From contig CAVYNY010000022.1 of NCBI GenBank assembly GCA_963769935.1, forward strand, positions 224,001 through 288,000: DNA of 64,000 nucleotides, in the 5' to 3' direction. The notes beneath the pieces were generated by a model, which worked only from the letters and a program-made list of their open reading frames with translations, did not search any database and was not told the DNA's origin. The stretch is from an uncultured delta proteobacterium (lineage in GTDB: Bacteria > Desulfobacterota > Desulfobacteria > Desulfobacterales > JAFDCJ01). A program made the position numbers and the translations under genes. Positions 50,696 through 61,545 of this stretch are shown in pieces. Position 1 is the stretch's first letter. Every line of letters starts with the position of its first letter.

Positions 50696-51556
50696 ATGAA
50701 AATCTTGTCTCCCGCAAAAATCAACCTGTTTCTGCAGGTAACCGGAAAGCGAGCGGACGGCTATCACGACCTGTTTTCATTAATGTGCTGTGTGAGTCTT
50801 TGCGACACGATTGAGCTTCAATTCGGCGGCAAGACGATCGAAATTGATTCTACTCACCCTCAGATTCCCCTTGATGAAACCAATCTCGCCCACCAAGCGG
50901 CAGCCCTGTTCTTTAAAAAACTGGATATAGACAGCGGCGTAAAAATAACCATCGAAAAATCAATACCGGTTGCAGCCGGCCTTGGCGGCGGCAGCAGCAA
51001 TGCCGCCAGTGTCCTCCAAGGGCTTAACCGCCACTATAACTTTCCTTTTTCCAGCAACCAGTTGATGTCCATGGGGCTTAGGCTGGGAGCTGATGTTCCC
51101 TTCTTCCTGTTTGAGAAACCGGCCTTGGCTTCCGGAATCGGTGAGCAGCTGGAAGAATATCCGGATTTGACACCATATCATGTAATTCTGATATATCCGG
51201 GCTTTGGGGTTTCGACCGCAGAAGTTTTTCAAAATCTGAATTTAAGATTGACAAAATGTAAAAAAAAAATTAAAAAATCCACTTTCAGGAAAATCGGTTA
51301 TGATGTTTCACGGCATTTGTGCAACGATCTCGAAGCAGTGACGGCATCCAGATACCCGGTGATAAGTTCCCTTAAGAATCAGCTTCTCGGACATGGGGCA
51401 CTGGGGGCATTGATGTCAGGGAGCGGACCGACCGTATTTGGCCTGTTCTCCGAGCAGGACAAAGCCGCGGCAGCAATGCAGGTGTTCGGCAGAGATACCC
51501 GCTGGAAGTCGTATCTTGCCGAAATTATAAATGAAAGGCCTCCTGCCGACAAATGA
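50696..51556 (+). CDS. ispE: 4-diphosphocytidyl-2-C-methyl-D-erythritol kinase
   Basis: PAKINLFL, IPVAAGLGGGSSNAA, GADVPFF, MSGSGPTVF. Confidence 0.95.
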   Translation: MKILSPAKINLFLQVTGKRADGYHDLFSLMCCVSLCDTIELQFGGKTIEIDSTHPQIPLDETNLAHQAAALFFKKLDIDSGVKITIEKSIPVAAGLGGGSSNAASVLQGLNRHYNFPFSSNQLMSMGLRLGADVPFFLFEKPALASGIGEQLEEYPDLTPYHVILIYPGFGVSTAEVFQNLNLRLTKCKKKIKKSTFRKIGYDVSRHLCNDLEAVTASRYPVISSLKNQLLGHGALGALMSGSGPTVFGLFSEQDKAAAAMQVFGRDTRWKSYLAEIINERPPADK

Positions 51557-51626
51557 TGTTCGCCGTGGGCCGCAAATGAACCCCGGTGTTTCTGCCGGTT
51601 CAGACAGGATTTTGCTCCCGGAATGG

Positions 51627-51701
51627 TGGGGCGTCGTCAAGTGGTAAGACACAGGATTTTGGTTCCTGCATTCGGAGGTTCGAATCCTCCCGCCCCAGCC
51701 A
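51627..51701 (+). tRNA. tRNA-Gln (TTG)
   Basis: Acceptor TGGGGCG/CGCCCCA, anticodon arm CAGGA-TTTTGGT-TCCTG, GGTTCGAATCC, encoded CCA; usual ispE-prs position. Confidence 0.96.
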
Positions 51702-51708
51702 CTATCCA

Positions 51709-51820
51709 TTGAAGATTGAAAATTGAAGAATGAATATTTAATGAATTCTTTCCGCTTTTAAATTTAAAAGAGGAGGGAGCGAAGCGACATTCACAAATAT
51801 TCAATCTGCAATCTTCAATT
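51709..51820. repeat. Paired TTGAAGA ... TCTTCAA heptamer arms around a short core
   Basis: ttgaagattgaaaattgaagaatgaatatt ... gagcgaagcgacattcacaaatattcaatctgcaatcttcaa. Confidence 0.8.
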
Positions 51821-51886
51821 TCGCTTTTAATTGAGGATCTTCCGGCCGGTTGCAGGTTAAAACAAAAAAAATAGATAAATAGATAA

Positions 51887-52837
51887 ATGGTGGCACAAAT
51901 GGAAGGTATGGCCATATTTACAGGGAACTCAAATCCCGCGCTGGCGCATAAAATTTGCGATTATCTCAGTCAGCCCCTTGGCGGGGCCAAGGTGAAAACC
52001 TTTAGCGACGGGGAAATCCAAATTGAAATCCATGAGAATGTCCGGCTGAAAGATGTTTTTGTGGTGCAGTCAACCTGTTCACCGGTCAACGACAATCTAG
52101 TTGAACTGTTGTTGATGATCGATGCGTTTAATCGTTCTTCAGCCAAAAAAATTACAGCCGTTATTCCCTATTACGGCTATGCCAGGCAGGATAAAAAAGT
52201 AGCGCCCAGGGTGCCGATCAGTGCCAAACTGGTTGCCGATATGCTGACCGTTGCCGGAGCCAATCGTATCATTACGATAGATCTGCATGCCGGCCAGATT
52301 CAAGGTTTTTTCAACATCCCGGTGGACAATCTATTTGCGGCACCGGTTCTCATCGATTTTATACGTGCTAATATCAGGGACAATATGGTTATTGTCTCAC
52401 CGGATGCGGGCGGGGTTGAAAGAGCGCGCGCCTTTGCCAAACGGCTGAATGCGGATCTGGCCATCATCGACAAACGACGGGACGCACCCAATCAGGCCAA
52501 AGCGATGGCCGTCATCGGTGATGTGACCGATAAAGTCGCTGTTATTCTGGATGATATGGTCGATACGGCCGGAACCCTGACCGAAGCTGCCGATGCTCTC
52601 AAGAATGCCGGTGCCAGGGAGATTCATGCCTGCGTCGCCCATCCTGTCCTTTCAGGCCCGGCAATCGAGCGGATTACCAATTCATGTCTTAAAAGCATGG
52701 TCGTAACCGATACGATTCCTTTAAGCGAGCGGGCCGCCGCCTGCGAAAAAGTTAAAGTGCTGACCATCTCACAGCTGGTCGGCGAGGCGATTATTCGCAG
52801 CTTTCGCGGAGATTCGGTGACATCTTTGTTTGTATAA
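51887..52837 (+). CDS. prs: Ribose-phosphate pyrophosphokinase
   Basis: [41 protein letters not shown]. Confidence 0.97.
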   Translation: MVAQMEGMAIFTGNSNPALAHKICDYLSQPLGGAKVKTFSDGEIQIEIHENVRLKDVFVVQSTCSPVNDNLVELLLMIDAFNRSSAKKITAVIPYYGYARQDKKVAPRVPISAKLVADMLTVAGANRIITIDLHAGQIQGFFNIPVDNLFAAPVLIDFIRANIRDNMVIVSPDAGGVERARAFAKRLNADLAIIDKRRDAPNQAKAMAVIGDVTDKVAVILDDMVDTAGTLTEAADALKNAGAREIHACVAHPVLSGPAIERITNSCLKSMVVTDTIPLSERAAACEKVKVLTISQLVGEAIIRSFRGDSVTSLFV

Positions 52838-52856
52838 AGATTTAGTTTCAGAGGTT

Positions 52857-52925
52857 TGGGGCTTCGCGCTGTGCGCTTCCGACTTCGCTCTTCGAGCTAC
52901 GACGGGACAAGGCGACCCCACACGC
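52857..52925. repeat. Self-nested ~34-bp hairpin elements
   Basis: Inner CTTCGCTCTTCGAGCTACGACGGGACAAG inside outer CTTCGCGCTGTGCGCTT^CGACCCCACACG. Confidence 0.65.
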
Positions 52926-52979
52926 AGGGTTCAGAGGTTCGCGGTAAATTGGTTCTGAGAATTGGAATTCAGGGGCTAA

Positions 52980-53135
52980 GGGCTCACTCAAAAATAACTT
53001 CACATTTTATACGCCGATGCATCCCGGCTGGCGGCGTTGCGAAAGCTCGGAATATCCAGATATTCCTGCGTTTTCGCGCCTTGTCAGTCGGGCGCCTCAA
53101 CGCCTAAAACTGTGAATTAATATTTTCGTGAGCCC
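52980..53135 (+). mobile_element. 156-bp MITE, copy 2 (TSD TAA)
   Basis: taa-GGGCTCAC...GTGAGCCC-taa. Confidence 0.88.
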
Positions 53136-53222
53136 TAAGGGGGTCGAACAACTCCAACCCTGAACGTTGAAACGCAGAACCTCGGAACCTACAACTATTA
53201 ACTACATAGGAGGTCACTTCTT

Positions 53223-53879
53223 TTGGAACAATTTGAAATTCATGCAACAGTAAGAAAGACAACGGGCAACAGCCCGGCCCGGGTGTTGAGACGGAGCGGT
53301 CAAATACCTGCTGTTTTATATGGACCCAAAACCGAGCCGGTTTTATTGGCTGTAAATGTCAAAGAATTTGATCAGATCCTCAAAAAAGGCAATATTGGCT
53401 CGATTATTTTAAACCTGGTGATTCAAAACGGCAAAAAAGTTACCAAACCGGCCATGATCAAGGAGCTTCAAAGCCACCCGGTTTCAGGGAATTTTCTGCA
53501 CGTTGACTTCTATGAAATCGACATGCAGCGCAAAATCAATGTCATGATTCCGATCATAGCGAAGGGCCAAGCCAAGGGAGTCGAAGCTGGCGGTTTATTG
53601 CAGATTGTCCGGCGGGAGCTCGAAGTGCTCTGTCTGCCTGGCGATATCCCGCACGCCATTGAGCTTGATATCACGGATTTGGATATCGGTGATGCCATCC
53701 ATGTCGAAGACATAAATTTAGGCGAAAACGTGGAGATTCCGGCTGACGTTAATTTTACCGTCATCACCGTTGTCAGCCCGAAGCTCGAGGCGCTGGAAGC
53801 CGAAGAAGGAGCTGAGGAAGCAGAAGCAGGAGTGGCAGGAGAGGCTGAAGAAGAGGCCGAAACTAAAGAGGAAAGCTAG
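53223..53879 (+). CDS. rplY: 50S ribosomal protein L25/Ctc
   Basis: IPAVLYG, HVDFY, GVEAGG, acidic tail; TTG start with AGGAGGT RBS. Confidence 0.95.
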   Translation: MEQFEIHATVRKTTGNSPARVLRRSGQIPAVLYGPKTEPVLLAVNVKEFDQILKKGNIGSIILNLVIQNGKKVTKPAMIKELQSHPVSGNFLHVDFYEIDMQRKINVMIPIIAKGQAKGVEAGGLLQIVRRELEVLCLPGDIPHAIELDITDLDIGDAIHVEDINLGENVEIPADVNFTVITVVSPKLEALEAEEGAEEAEAGVAGEAEEEAETKEES

Positions 53880-54124
53880 AATTTCGGTAGGCTGGAGAGC
53901 GCGCACGGCAACGGCCGATGAAGGCGGTTTTGGGGCAGGCTATCCAGCCATCTGCTATGATGGCGCTGACAGGCGGTCTATCGACAATTTGTTGTCGACT
54001 ACTTCGAAGGTGTCAGGTTTCAGCACCGCCTGTGGCCGCGAACATCCGGTTTGATCGTATAAGAAACTTTATGAAGTTTCACAACAAGCTGTTGGAAAAA
54101 ATGGCCTAAGCGCCTATATTTTCT

Positions 54125-54721
54125 GTGCCCTCAAATAAATTAAAATTGGTGGTCGGTCTCGGTAATCCGGGAGCGGAATACCGGAGCACGCGGCATAATG
54201 CCGGGTTCATGGTTGTCGATAAAATCGCACTGGATTTCAATATTGCGGTTACGGACAGAAAATTCGATTCGGTTTTCGGGCGCGGCTGTGTGCAAGATGT
54301 CGAGGTTCTGCTGGCCAAACCGATGGCTTTCATGAATCGCAGCGGACCGCCGGTTCAAAAACTGGCCAATTTTTACCGAATACAATGCGAGGATATGTTG
54401 GTCATTCACGACGACATCGACCTTGCCTATGGAAGATTAAAAATAAAAGAGAAAGGAGGGCATGGCGGACACAATGGCATAAGGTCGTTAATGGATGCCT
54501 TTGGTAAGGGCGATTTTGTGCGCCTTCGGATCGGCGTCGGACGTTCCAAGACCGGAGATAATGTAACGGGTCATGTTCTGGGCAGATTTTCTCAGGCCCA
54601 ATCGAAAGACTTGGACCGCATCATCAGCGGCGCCCGGGATGCAGCCATTGCGATTCTTAGCCAGGGTACTAAGGCGGGTATGAATTTATATAACGGCAGA
54701 AATCTAACGCTTACAGAGTAA
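54125..54721 (+). CDS. pth: Peptidyl-tRNA hydrolase
   Basis: VGLGNPG, TRHNAGF, MNRSG, HDDID, GGHNG, RLRIGVGR. Confidence 0.96.
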   Translation: MPSNKLKLVVGLGNPGAEYRSTRHNAGFMVVDKIALDFNIAVTDRKFDSVFGRGCVQDVEVLLAKPMAFMNRSGPPVQKLANFYRIQCEDMLVIHDDIDLAYGRLKIKEKGGHGGHNGIRSLMDAFGKGDFVRLRIGVGRSKTGDNVTGHVLGRFSQAQSKDLDRIISGARDAAIAILSQGTKAGMNLYNGRNLTLTE

Positions 54722-54748
54722 CTCAAAATTTATGACTTGGAGGAAAGG

Positions 54749-56773
54749 ATGAACTATCTATTACCGCTGATATGCACACTGGTAGGCATAGCAGGTGTGA
54801 TCTTTTCACTTATTATCGCGAGTATGGTTAAAAGTGCCCCGGCCGGCAACGAAAAAATGCGTGAAATCGCAAATGCCATCAAAACGGGTGCCGTGGCCTA
54901 TTTAAACCGGCAGCTCAAAAGCATGGGGATGGCCGGAATCATACTTTTTGTAATCATCGGCGCTGCTTTGAGCTGGAAGACAGCCCTCGGTTTTTTGGTT
55001 GGTGCGATTGCCTCGTTTGCGGCCGGTTACATCGGTATGCGGGTATCGGTGATCGCCAACGTGCGAACCGCTGAAGCAGCCAAGAGCGGCCTGGCCAAAG
55101 GCCTGGCCATGGCATTTAGAGGCGGATCGGTGACGGGTATGATCGTGGCCGGTCTGGCGCTGACGGCTGTGGCCGGCAGCTACACGGTACTGATCGCCAG
55201 CGGATCTGAACCCAGGCATGCGGTCATTGCTCTGGTAGCCCTGGGATTTGGCGGCAGTCTGATTTCTATTTTTGCACGACTGGGCGGCGGCATTTTCACC
55301 AAGGGTGCGGATGTCGGCGCCGACCTGGTAGGAAAAGTTGAAGCCGGCATTCCGGAAGACGATCCGCGCAATCCGGCGGTTATCGCCGACAACGTCGGGG
55401 ACAATGTCGGTGACTGTGCCGGTATGGCAGCCGATTTGTTTGAAACCTACGCCGTTACCGCAGTTGCCGCCATGCTGCTGGGTAACCTGCTTTATCCCAC
55501 CTTGTCCATTGCGACTCAATTTCCGCTTGTGCTGGGTGCCATTTCGATTGTTGCTTCCATGATCGGCATCTTTTTTGTCAAACTCGGCAAAAACGAATAC
55601 ATCATGGGGGCCCTCTATAAAGGCATGTTCGGATCCGCCATCCTGGCGGCCATCGCATTTTTAGTGGCCTGTGTCACCATGTTCAGCGGCGTGGCGGAGC
55701 TTTCCGGCATGCGCATTTTTCTGGCGGCACTCGTCGGGCTGGTTCTTACCGTCGTGATCGTTGTCATCACCGAATACTACACCGGAATTCGCAAGCCGGT
55801 TAAATCAGTGGCGGAAGCTTCCACCACCGGTCACGGCACAAATATCATCGCCGGTCTGGCCGTCAGCATGGAATCCACGGCCCTGCCGGTGCTGGCCATC
55901 TGTTGTGCCATCGGTATCGCCCACTGGGCGGCAGGCTTGTACGGCATTGCCATGGCGGCCATGTCCATGCTTTCCATGACCGGTATGGTCATTGCCATCG
56001 ACGCCTATGGTCCGATTACCGACAATGCCGGCGGAATTGCCGAGATGGCCGGGATGGATGAGAGTGTGCGGGCGGTCACCGACCCGCTGGATGCCGTGGG
56101 CAATACCACCAAAGCAGTCACCAAGGGCTATGCCATCGGTTCGGCCGGCCTGGCGGCCCTGGTGCTGTTTGCGGCCTACACCCAGGAATTCGCACTGCAA
56201 GGCGGCGGCGTGGCCCTGCGGTTTGATCTGAGCGATGTGAGGGTCATCATCGGTCTTTTCATCGGCGGATTGCTGCCGTTCCTGTTTGCTTCGATTGCCA
56301 TGCGGGCGGTCGGCAAGGCCGGCGGAGCCGTGGTGGATGAAGTCCGACGCCAGTTTCGCGAAATTCCGGGTATTATGGAAGGAACCGCCAAACCGGATTA
56401 TGCCCGGTGTGTGGATATCGTCACCCGCTTTGCCCTTAAAGAAATGATCGTGCCGGCCTTATTGCCCGTGGTGACCCCGATTTTGGTTGGTCTGATTCTC
56501 GGCAAAATTGCTCTGGGCGGGGTGCTTATCGGCAGTATCGTTACCGGTCTTTTTCTGGCCATTTCCATGACCACCGGTGGCGCGGCCTGGGACAACGCCA
56601 AGAAATACATCGAAGACGGCCATCTGGGCGGCAAAGGCAGTGATGCCCACAAGGCTGCCGTAACCGGTGATACCGTCGGCGATCCTTACAAGGATACCGC
56701 CGGACCTGCGATTAACCCGATGATCAAAATTCTGAATGTTGTGGCGCTCTTGCTGGTACCTTTCTTAGTGTAA
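54749..56773 (+). CDS. hppA: Membrane-integral pyrophosphatase, K+-independent H+-pumping type
   Basis: [34 protein letters not shown] (Lys at the K+-independence position), [10 protein letters not shown]. Confidence 0.93.
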   Translation: MNYLLPLICTLVGIAGVIFSLIIASMVKSAPAGNEKMREIANAIKTGAVAYLNRQLKSMGMAGIILFVIIGAALSWKTALGFLVGAIASFAAGYIGMRVSVIANVRTAEAAKSGLAKGLAMAFRGGSVTGMIVAGLALTAVAGSYTVLIASGSEPRHAVIALVALGFGGSLISIFARLGGGIFTKGADVGADLVGKVEAGIPEDDPRNPAVIADNVGDNVGDCAGMAADLFETYAVTAVAAMLLGNLLYPTLSIATQFPLVLGAISIVASMIGIFFVKLGKNEYIMGALYKGMFGSAILAAIAFLVACVTMFSGVAELSGMRIFLAALVGLVLTVVIVVITEYYTGIRKPVKSVAEASTTGHGTNIIAGLAVSMESTALPVLAICCAIGIAHWAAGLYGIAMAAMSMLSMTGMVIAIDAYGPITDNAGGIAEMAGMDESVRAVTDPLDAVGNTTKAVTKGYAIGSAGLAALVLFAAYTQEFALQGGGVALRFDLSDVRVIIGLFIGGLLPFLFASIAMRAVGKAGGAVVDEVRRQFREIPGIMEGTAKPDYARCVDIVTRFALKEMIVPALLPVVTPILVGLILGKIALGGVLIGSIVTGLFLAISMTTGGAAWDNAKKYIEDGHLGGKGSDAHKAAVTGDTVGDPYKDTAGPAINPMIKILNVVALLLVPFLV

Positions 56774-56800
56774 GCGCTTATTTTAATCTCAGAAACACCC

Positions 56801-56838
56801 AAAGGATTGGCGTGGCTTTGCGCCAATCCTTTTTATTT
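56801..56838 (+). terminator. Intrinsic terminator after hppA
   Basis: AAAGGATTGGCG...CGCCAATCCTTTTT stem plus T tract. Confidence 0.8.
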
Positions 56839-56927
56839 ATTGATTGTTTACAAAATATATGCTATTAGAGACGGTACCCTGAGGATCAACTTCCAATGAT
56901 GTCTTTAAAATAGGTGATCGGTGGAAT

Positions 56928-57482
56928 ATGGCAGAAAAAAAAGTTAACGAAACAACACAGAGTTTGAAACATAAAAACCGGCCTTTCCAGGTAGGCGACC
57001 TGGCTGTTTATCCCGCGCACGGCGTCGGCGAGATCAAAGCCATTGAAAGCCGGGTGGTCAACGGTGAAAGGCATGATTTTTATATCATGAAAGTTCTTGA
57101 AAACGGCATGGTGATCATGATTCCCATCAGCAACGTCGAGTCCGTCGGGTTAAGAGATATCATCGATAAAAAGGAGATTCCCAAGGTATACGAAATCATG
57201 AAATTCCGTAAAGACGGGCTGCCGGACAACCAGACCTGGAACCGGCGTTACCGGGAGTACATGGACAAAATCAAAACCGGATCCCTTTATGATGTGGCCG
57301 AGGTGTTCCGGGATCTATTTCTGCTCAAACTCACCAAAGATCTTTCATTTGGCGAGCGCAAACTATATGATACCGCCCAGGTTCTACTGGTACGAGAGCT
57401 GTCGACCGCCAAGAACACAGACGAAGACACCATCATATCAGAGATAGAATCCTTATTTGTTGCGGATAGCGCAGAAAATTAA
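56928..57482 (+). CDS. carD: CarD/CdnL family RNA polymerase-binding regulator
   Basis: FQVGDLAVYPAHGVG, VGLR, WNRRYR, LSFGERK. Confidence 0.93.
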   Translation: MAEKKVNETTQSLKHKNRPFQVGDLAVYPAHGVGEIKAIESRVVNGERHDFYIMKVLENGMVIMIPISNVESVGLRDIIDKKEIPKVYEIMKFRKDGLPDNQTWNRRYREYMDKIKTGSLYDVAEVFRDLFLLKLTKDLSFGERKLYDTAQVLLVRELSTAKNTDEDTIISEIESLFVADSAEN

Positions 57483-57497
57483 TCCTGCCCCAGCAGC

Positions 57498-58481
57498 ATG
57501 TCTGTGAATGGCGCCTTTACCATTATCGCCGGCGAATCCGATGCCGGCCGTCGGCTGGATACCGCCGTTGCCTCGCACATCCCCGATTGTTCCCGTTCGC
57601 TGGCTGCCAATTTAATTACCAGCCAATGCATTCTTGTCGACGGCCGGCCTCGAAAACCCGGTTATCGGGTAAAATTCGGCGAAACCATTCAGGGCCAAAT
57701 TCCGCCCCCGGCCCCTGTCGACTTCGATCCCGAACCTATCCCAATCGATATCATCTATCAGGATGAGCAGATCGCCGTTATCAACAAACAGCCGGGACTC
57801 GTCGTTCATCCGGCGCCCGGCCACGCCGGCGGCACGCTGGTCAACGCACTGCTCTACCACTGCCCTGATCTTGGGGCGATCGGCGGGGAAGTCCGGCCGG
57901 GAATTGTCCACCGCCTTGATAAAGATACATCCGGCACCATGGTCATTGCCAAAAATTCGGCTGCGCACGAAGAATTATCCCGTCAGTTCAAGGCCCGTGA
58001 AGTTCAAAAAAAATACCTGGCCCTTGTGTACGGAGAGCCGTCCGCCGATCAGGGGACCATTCATCTGCCCATCGGCCGGCACCCCGTAGATCGCAAGCGA
58101 ATGTCGACCACCACCCGCCGGGGGCGGGATGCCGAAACCATCTGGAAGGTACGCGAGCGGTTTGCCGGTATCACCCTGCTTGAATTAACTTTAAAGACCG
58201 GCCGCACCCATCAGATTCGCGTGCATTGTGCGGCCATGGGCCATCCGGTTGCGGGCGACCCTGTTTACCGTTCGCGCAAGTTGTTCATCAATCTGCCACA
58301 TATATTGCCCGACCTTTCACCGGCGGTTATCCCCGCACTCAAATCGATACCCCGGCAGATGCTGCACGCCTGGCAACTGGGGTTCACCCATCCCGCTGAA
58401 AAAACCTTTCTTGTCTTTGAATCCCCCCTGCCGCCGGACATGGCCGACGTGATCAATACCCTGCGGCGTGCCCAACTATGA
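57498..58481 (+). CDS. rluD: RluA-family 23S rRNA pseudouridine synthase with S4 domain
   Basis: NKQPGLVVHP, GIVHRLDKDTSG, TGRTHQIRVH, RQMLHA. Confidence 0.9.
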   Translation: MSVNGAFTIIAGESDAGRRLDTAVASHIPDCSRSLAANLITSQCILVDGRPRKPGYRVKFGETIQGQIPPPAPVDFDPEPIPIDIIYQDEQIAVINKQPGLVVHPAPGHAGGTLVNALLYHCPDLGAIGGEVRPGIVHRLDKDTSGTMVIAKNSAAHEELSRQFKAREVQKKYLALVYGEPSADQGTIHLPIGRHPVDRKRMSTTTRRGRDAETIWKVRERFAGITLLELTLKTGRTHQIRVHCAAMGHPVAGDPVYRSRKLFINLPHILPDLSPAVIPALKSIPRQMLHAWQLGFTHPAEKTFLVFESPLPPDMADVINTLRRAQL

Positions 58482-58521
58482 CTGCTTTTTTGCCGTTTTC
58501 CCAACGGAGCACGCAGTGATG

Positions 58522-58789
58522 TTGGAGGTTTGAGGTTGGAGGCAGAAAGATAAAAAATACCAGGCTTAAGTACAAGGTGCAGGGTTTCGGGTTTGCAGCA
58601 GGGTCTACGGGGCCGGCTGATAGTTGATGGTTGATTGGGTTGCCGGAAAGATGGGTCCCCGCAATGCTCATGAGCTTTGATGCTCACGGACTAAGAACTC
58701 ATGAACTTCTGAGCTTACGAGCTTGCAAACTTAGTATCTTCCAACCTCCCAACTTTCCAGCTTCTGTTATCTGTCCTCTGTCTTCTGTT
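58522..58789. repeat. Mosaic repeat stack between convergent rluD and rnfA
   Basis: GAGGTT[T/G], GTTGATG 7-mers, AACTCATG/AGCTTACG 8-mers, TTCCAACCT 9-mers, TCTGTCC 7-mers. Confidence 0.8.
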
Positions 58790-59365
58790 CTACACCATCC
58801 CCTTGAAGGCTAAAAAGGTAAGGGAGAGAACCCCGGCCGTCACCAGGGCGATGGAGGTGTCCTGCAGAGGACGCGGGACGCGGGCCAAAAGGATTTTTTC
58901 CCGGACACCGGCGAATAGGACCAAGGCCAGGCCGAACCCCACCGCGTAGGCGAAGGATGCCACCAGCGTCTGCATGAAGTTATACTCTTCGTTGATATTA
59001 ATCAGGCACACGCCCAAGACGGCGCAATTGGTGGTAATCAACGGTAAAAAGATGCCCAATCCCGCATAAAGGGCAGGGATGCTCTTTTTTAAAAACATCT
59101 CCACAAACTGGACCAGTGAGGCGATCACCAGAATAAACGCTACGGTTTGAAGGTATTTCAGATCATATTTGACCAGGAAGTAGGTGTAGGTCATCCAGGT
59201 GAACACGCCGGCCAGCACCAGGACGAAGACCACCGCCATGGCCATGCCGATGGCGGTTTCCATTTTCTTGGATGTCCCTAAAAAGGGGCAGTTGCCCAGA
59301 TACTGGGCCAGCAAAATATTATTAATCAGGATACAGCTGATGGCAAGAACTAATAAATCACCCAT
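58790..59365 (-). CDS. rnfA: Rnf complex subunit A
   Basis: YLGNCPFLG, LVQFVEM, LPLITTNCAVLG. Confidence 0.95.
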   Translation of the reverse strand: MGDLLVLAISCILINNILLAQYLGNCPFLGTSKKMETAIGMAMAVVFVLVLAGVFTWMTYTYFLVKYDLKYLQTVAFILVIASLVQFVEMFLKKSIPALYAGLGIFLPLITTNCAVLGVCLININEEYNFMQTLVASFAYAVGFGLALVLFAGVREKILLARVPRPLQDTSIALVTAGVLSLTFLAFKGMV

Positions 59366-59374
59366 GATTGTCTC

Positions 59375-59980
59375 CTATTTTTTCCCCGCAATATTCATGA
59401 GGCACAGCATTAAACCCAGGGCCATGAAGGCGCCGGGGGCTTGGACCATGAATTTAAAAGGTTGAAACGAAGGCCCCAATATCTGAATCGGTGTTCCCCA
59501 GAACGTCAAGGCACCGGTTCCGAGTAATTCACGGACAGCCGCCAGAGACATCAAAGCTAAGGTATACCCGATCCCGATACCCAGCCCGTCCAACATTGAT
59601 CGATACACGCCGTTTTTAGAGGCGAAAGCTTCGGAGCGGCCCAGTACGATGCAGTTAACCACAATCAACGGGATAAATATGCCAAGTTTGAGAAAGAGCG
59701 GATAGGTGTACGCCTGCATGAGCAGTTCCACAACGGTAACGAAGGTGGCGATGATCACGATGTAGCAGGCAATTCGGACTTTCGACGGGATAAGTTTGCG
59801 CAAGGCCGACACCAGCACGTTGGAGCCCACCAGAACAAAGGTTAACGCAACGCCCATTCCGATCCCATTTTCTACGGATTTGGTCACTGCCAGCGTGGGG
59901 CAGAGGCCCAGCACCAGCCGAAAAGGCGGTATTTCATCCCAGAGTCCCTTAACAAATTCCTGTGTCAGAGATTTCGCCAT
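59375..59980 (-). CDS. rnfE: Rnf complex subunit E
   Basis: LGLCPTLAV, FIPLIVVNCIVLGRSEAFA, PGAF. Confidence 0.95.
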   Translation of the reverse strand: MAKSLTQEFVKGLWDEIPPFRLVLGLCPTLAVTKSVENGIGMGVALTFVLVGSNVLVSALRKLIPSKVRIACYIVIIATFVTVVELLMQAYTYPLFLKLGIFIPLIVVNCIVLGRSEAFASKNGVYRSMLDGLGIGIGYTLALMSLAAVRELLGTGALTFWGTPIQILGPSFQPFKFMVQAPGAFMALGLMLCLMNIAGKK

Positions 59981-59990
59981 AAAGTTCCCC

Positions 59991-60584
59991 TTATTTTTTA
60001 AAGCCCTTTAATTTGTCATCGATCTGAGGTTTGAGTTTCGCATATATTTTTTCGGCGTCCGTGGCCGCGGCCGACACGGCGCGTGAAGTGATGGTCGCCC
60101 CGCTGAGGGCATTGATGGAGCCGCCGTCAGCCGTCACTTTAAATGGTTCTTTTACCGATAGGTCTTTAAATTGTGATACAAAGTTGGGATCGGTTTTCGC
60201 CCTGGCGCCCATGCCGGGTGTCTCACTTTGGGTGGTCACGCTGACGCCCAGCAGTTTATCATCTTTCACGTTGATACCGACCATCAACCCGACATCGCCG
60301 CCAAAGCCCTTAGCCGAAGTCTCAAAGGCAACTCCCTTAGGCTCACCATCGTAAATCCCGACAAAAAACGTTCTTTCAACATCGCCGTCCTTTAACTTAA
60401 AGCGGTCGGTAATGGGATTGTTGCTGGTCCCTTCGAAAATAGCCCGGATGGCCGGCCCTTTGACAAATTCCAGCACCTGATTATCGATCCGATCCTGGGT
60501 GTTGCTGCGCAGGTAGGCAAGTACGCCCCCTGAAAAGCAGCTCAGAATGGTAAGAACGAGGATCATTTTTATCATTTCACGCAT
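59991..60584 (-). CDS. rnfG: Rnf complex subunit G
   Basis: N-terminal TM, GFGG, ETPGMG, covalent FMN motif SGATITS. Confidence 0.93.
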   Translation of the reverse strand: MREMIKMILVLTILSCFSGGVLAYLRSNTQDRIDNQVLEFVKGPAIRAIFEGTSNNPITDRFKLKDGDVERTFFVGIYDGEPKGVAFETSAKGFGGDVGLMVGINVKDDKLLGVSVTTQSETPGMGARAKTDPNFVSQFKDLSVKEPFKVTADGGSINALSGATITSRAVSAAATDAEKIYAKLKPQIDDKLKGFKK

Positions 60585-60585
60585 G

Positions 60586-61545
60586 TTATACAACCTTTCC
60601 CAAAGCTTTTGGTCGAATTTTATCCAGCAGCGGATGGATGAGATTGATGACCAGGACGGCCAGGATTACACCGTCGACATAGGCGCCGATGTTGCGGATC
60701 AATACCGTCATGATTCCACCGACGGCGCCATAGATGAGCATGGGGACAAACCAGACCGGTGAGGAAGAGTCATCGGTGGCCAGGAAAAAGGCCCCGATCA
60801 AGGTATAGCCTGTAAAAATATGAAATCCGGGCCCGGCGAACCGAACCGGGTCAGCTATATTGAACAAGAGGGCGGTGAGATACACCCCGGCGATAAAGGT
60901 AAGGGAAATTTCCCAGCGGATGAATCCGCGGATCATCAGATAGATGCCCCCGATGACCAGACCTAATCCGAATGTAGCTCCGAGGGCGCCCGTTTGCCGG
61001 CCCATCATCAGATCACCCAGGCTAAAGGATTCAATAGATGACGTTCCGAAATGTTTAACGGCGGCCAGCGGAAAAGCGGCAGTGAAGTTAAAATTGTAGT
61101 TCAACAGCATGCCGTTAAAATCGAACAGGTCCTTCCAGGAAATCATCATGATGGCTATGGCCAGGGCCACCGGATTAAAGGCATTGCTCCCGATTCCGCC
61201 ATAAATATGTTTGCCGACCACCAGCGCGATAAAAGTACCGGTGATGACGGCCCACCACGGCATTGTGGCCGGAAGCATCATTGCCAGGAGCAAGCCGGTC
61301 AGGGCGGCACTGCCGTCACCGATGGTGGGTGCTTTTTTCATCACCTTATTGATGGCCAGCTCCCAGAGCATGGCCGAGGCCACAGCCAGGCTGACAACTC
61401 CGATGACCGGCACGCCAAAGTAAACGACGCCTGCGATAACCGCAGGCAGGGCGGCCAGCATCGTGTGATAGCTGCGTTCGGTGACCCTGCTGCCGCTGTG
61501 CCAGAAGGGGGCATGAGAAACGATTAGTTTTTTTTGCTCAAGCAT
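60586..61545 (-). CDS. rnfD: Rnf complex subunit D
   Basis: DGSAALTG, KHIYGGIGSNAFNP, GAFFLATD. Confidence 0.92.
   Translation of the reverse strand: MLEQKKLIVSHAPFWHSGSRVTERSYHTMLAALPAVIAGVVYFGVPVIGVVSLAVASAMLWELAINKVMKKAPTIGDGSAALTGLLLAMMLPATMPWWAVITGTFIALVVGKHIYGGIGSNAFNPVALAIAIMMISWKDLFDFNGMLLNYNFNFTAAFPLAAVKHFGTSSIESFSLGDLMMGRQTGALGATFGLGLVIGGIYLMIRGFIRWEISLTFIAGVYLTALLFNIADPVRFAGPGFHIFTGYTLIGAFFLATDDSSSPVWFVPMLIYGAVGGIMTVLIRNIGAYVDGVILAVLVINLIHPLLDKIRPKALGKVV

Larger units (their letters stand above)
52845..53190. repeat. GGTTCAG ... CTGAAC arms enclosing nested small elements and a MITE
   Basis: gtttcagaggtt / gggttcagaggttc left arm; aaccctgaacgttgaaacgcagaacctcggaacct right arm. 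Confidence 0.75.

Noticed and set aside
51627..51820. tRNA-Gln as an integration site
   Set aside because: No duplicated tRNA 3' end or integrase seen; ispE-tRNA-prs synteny is intact.
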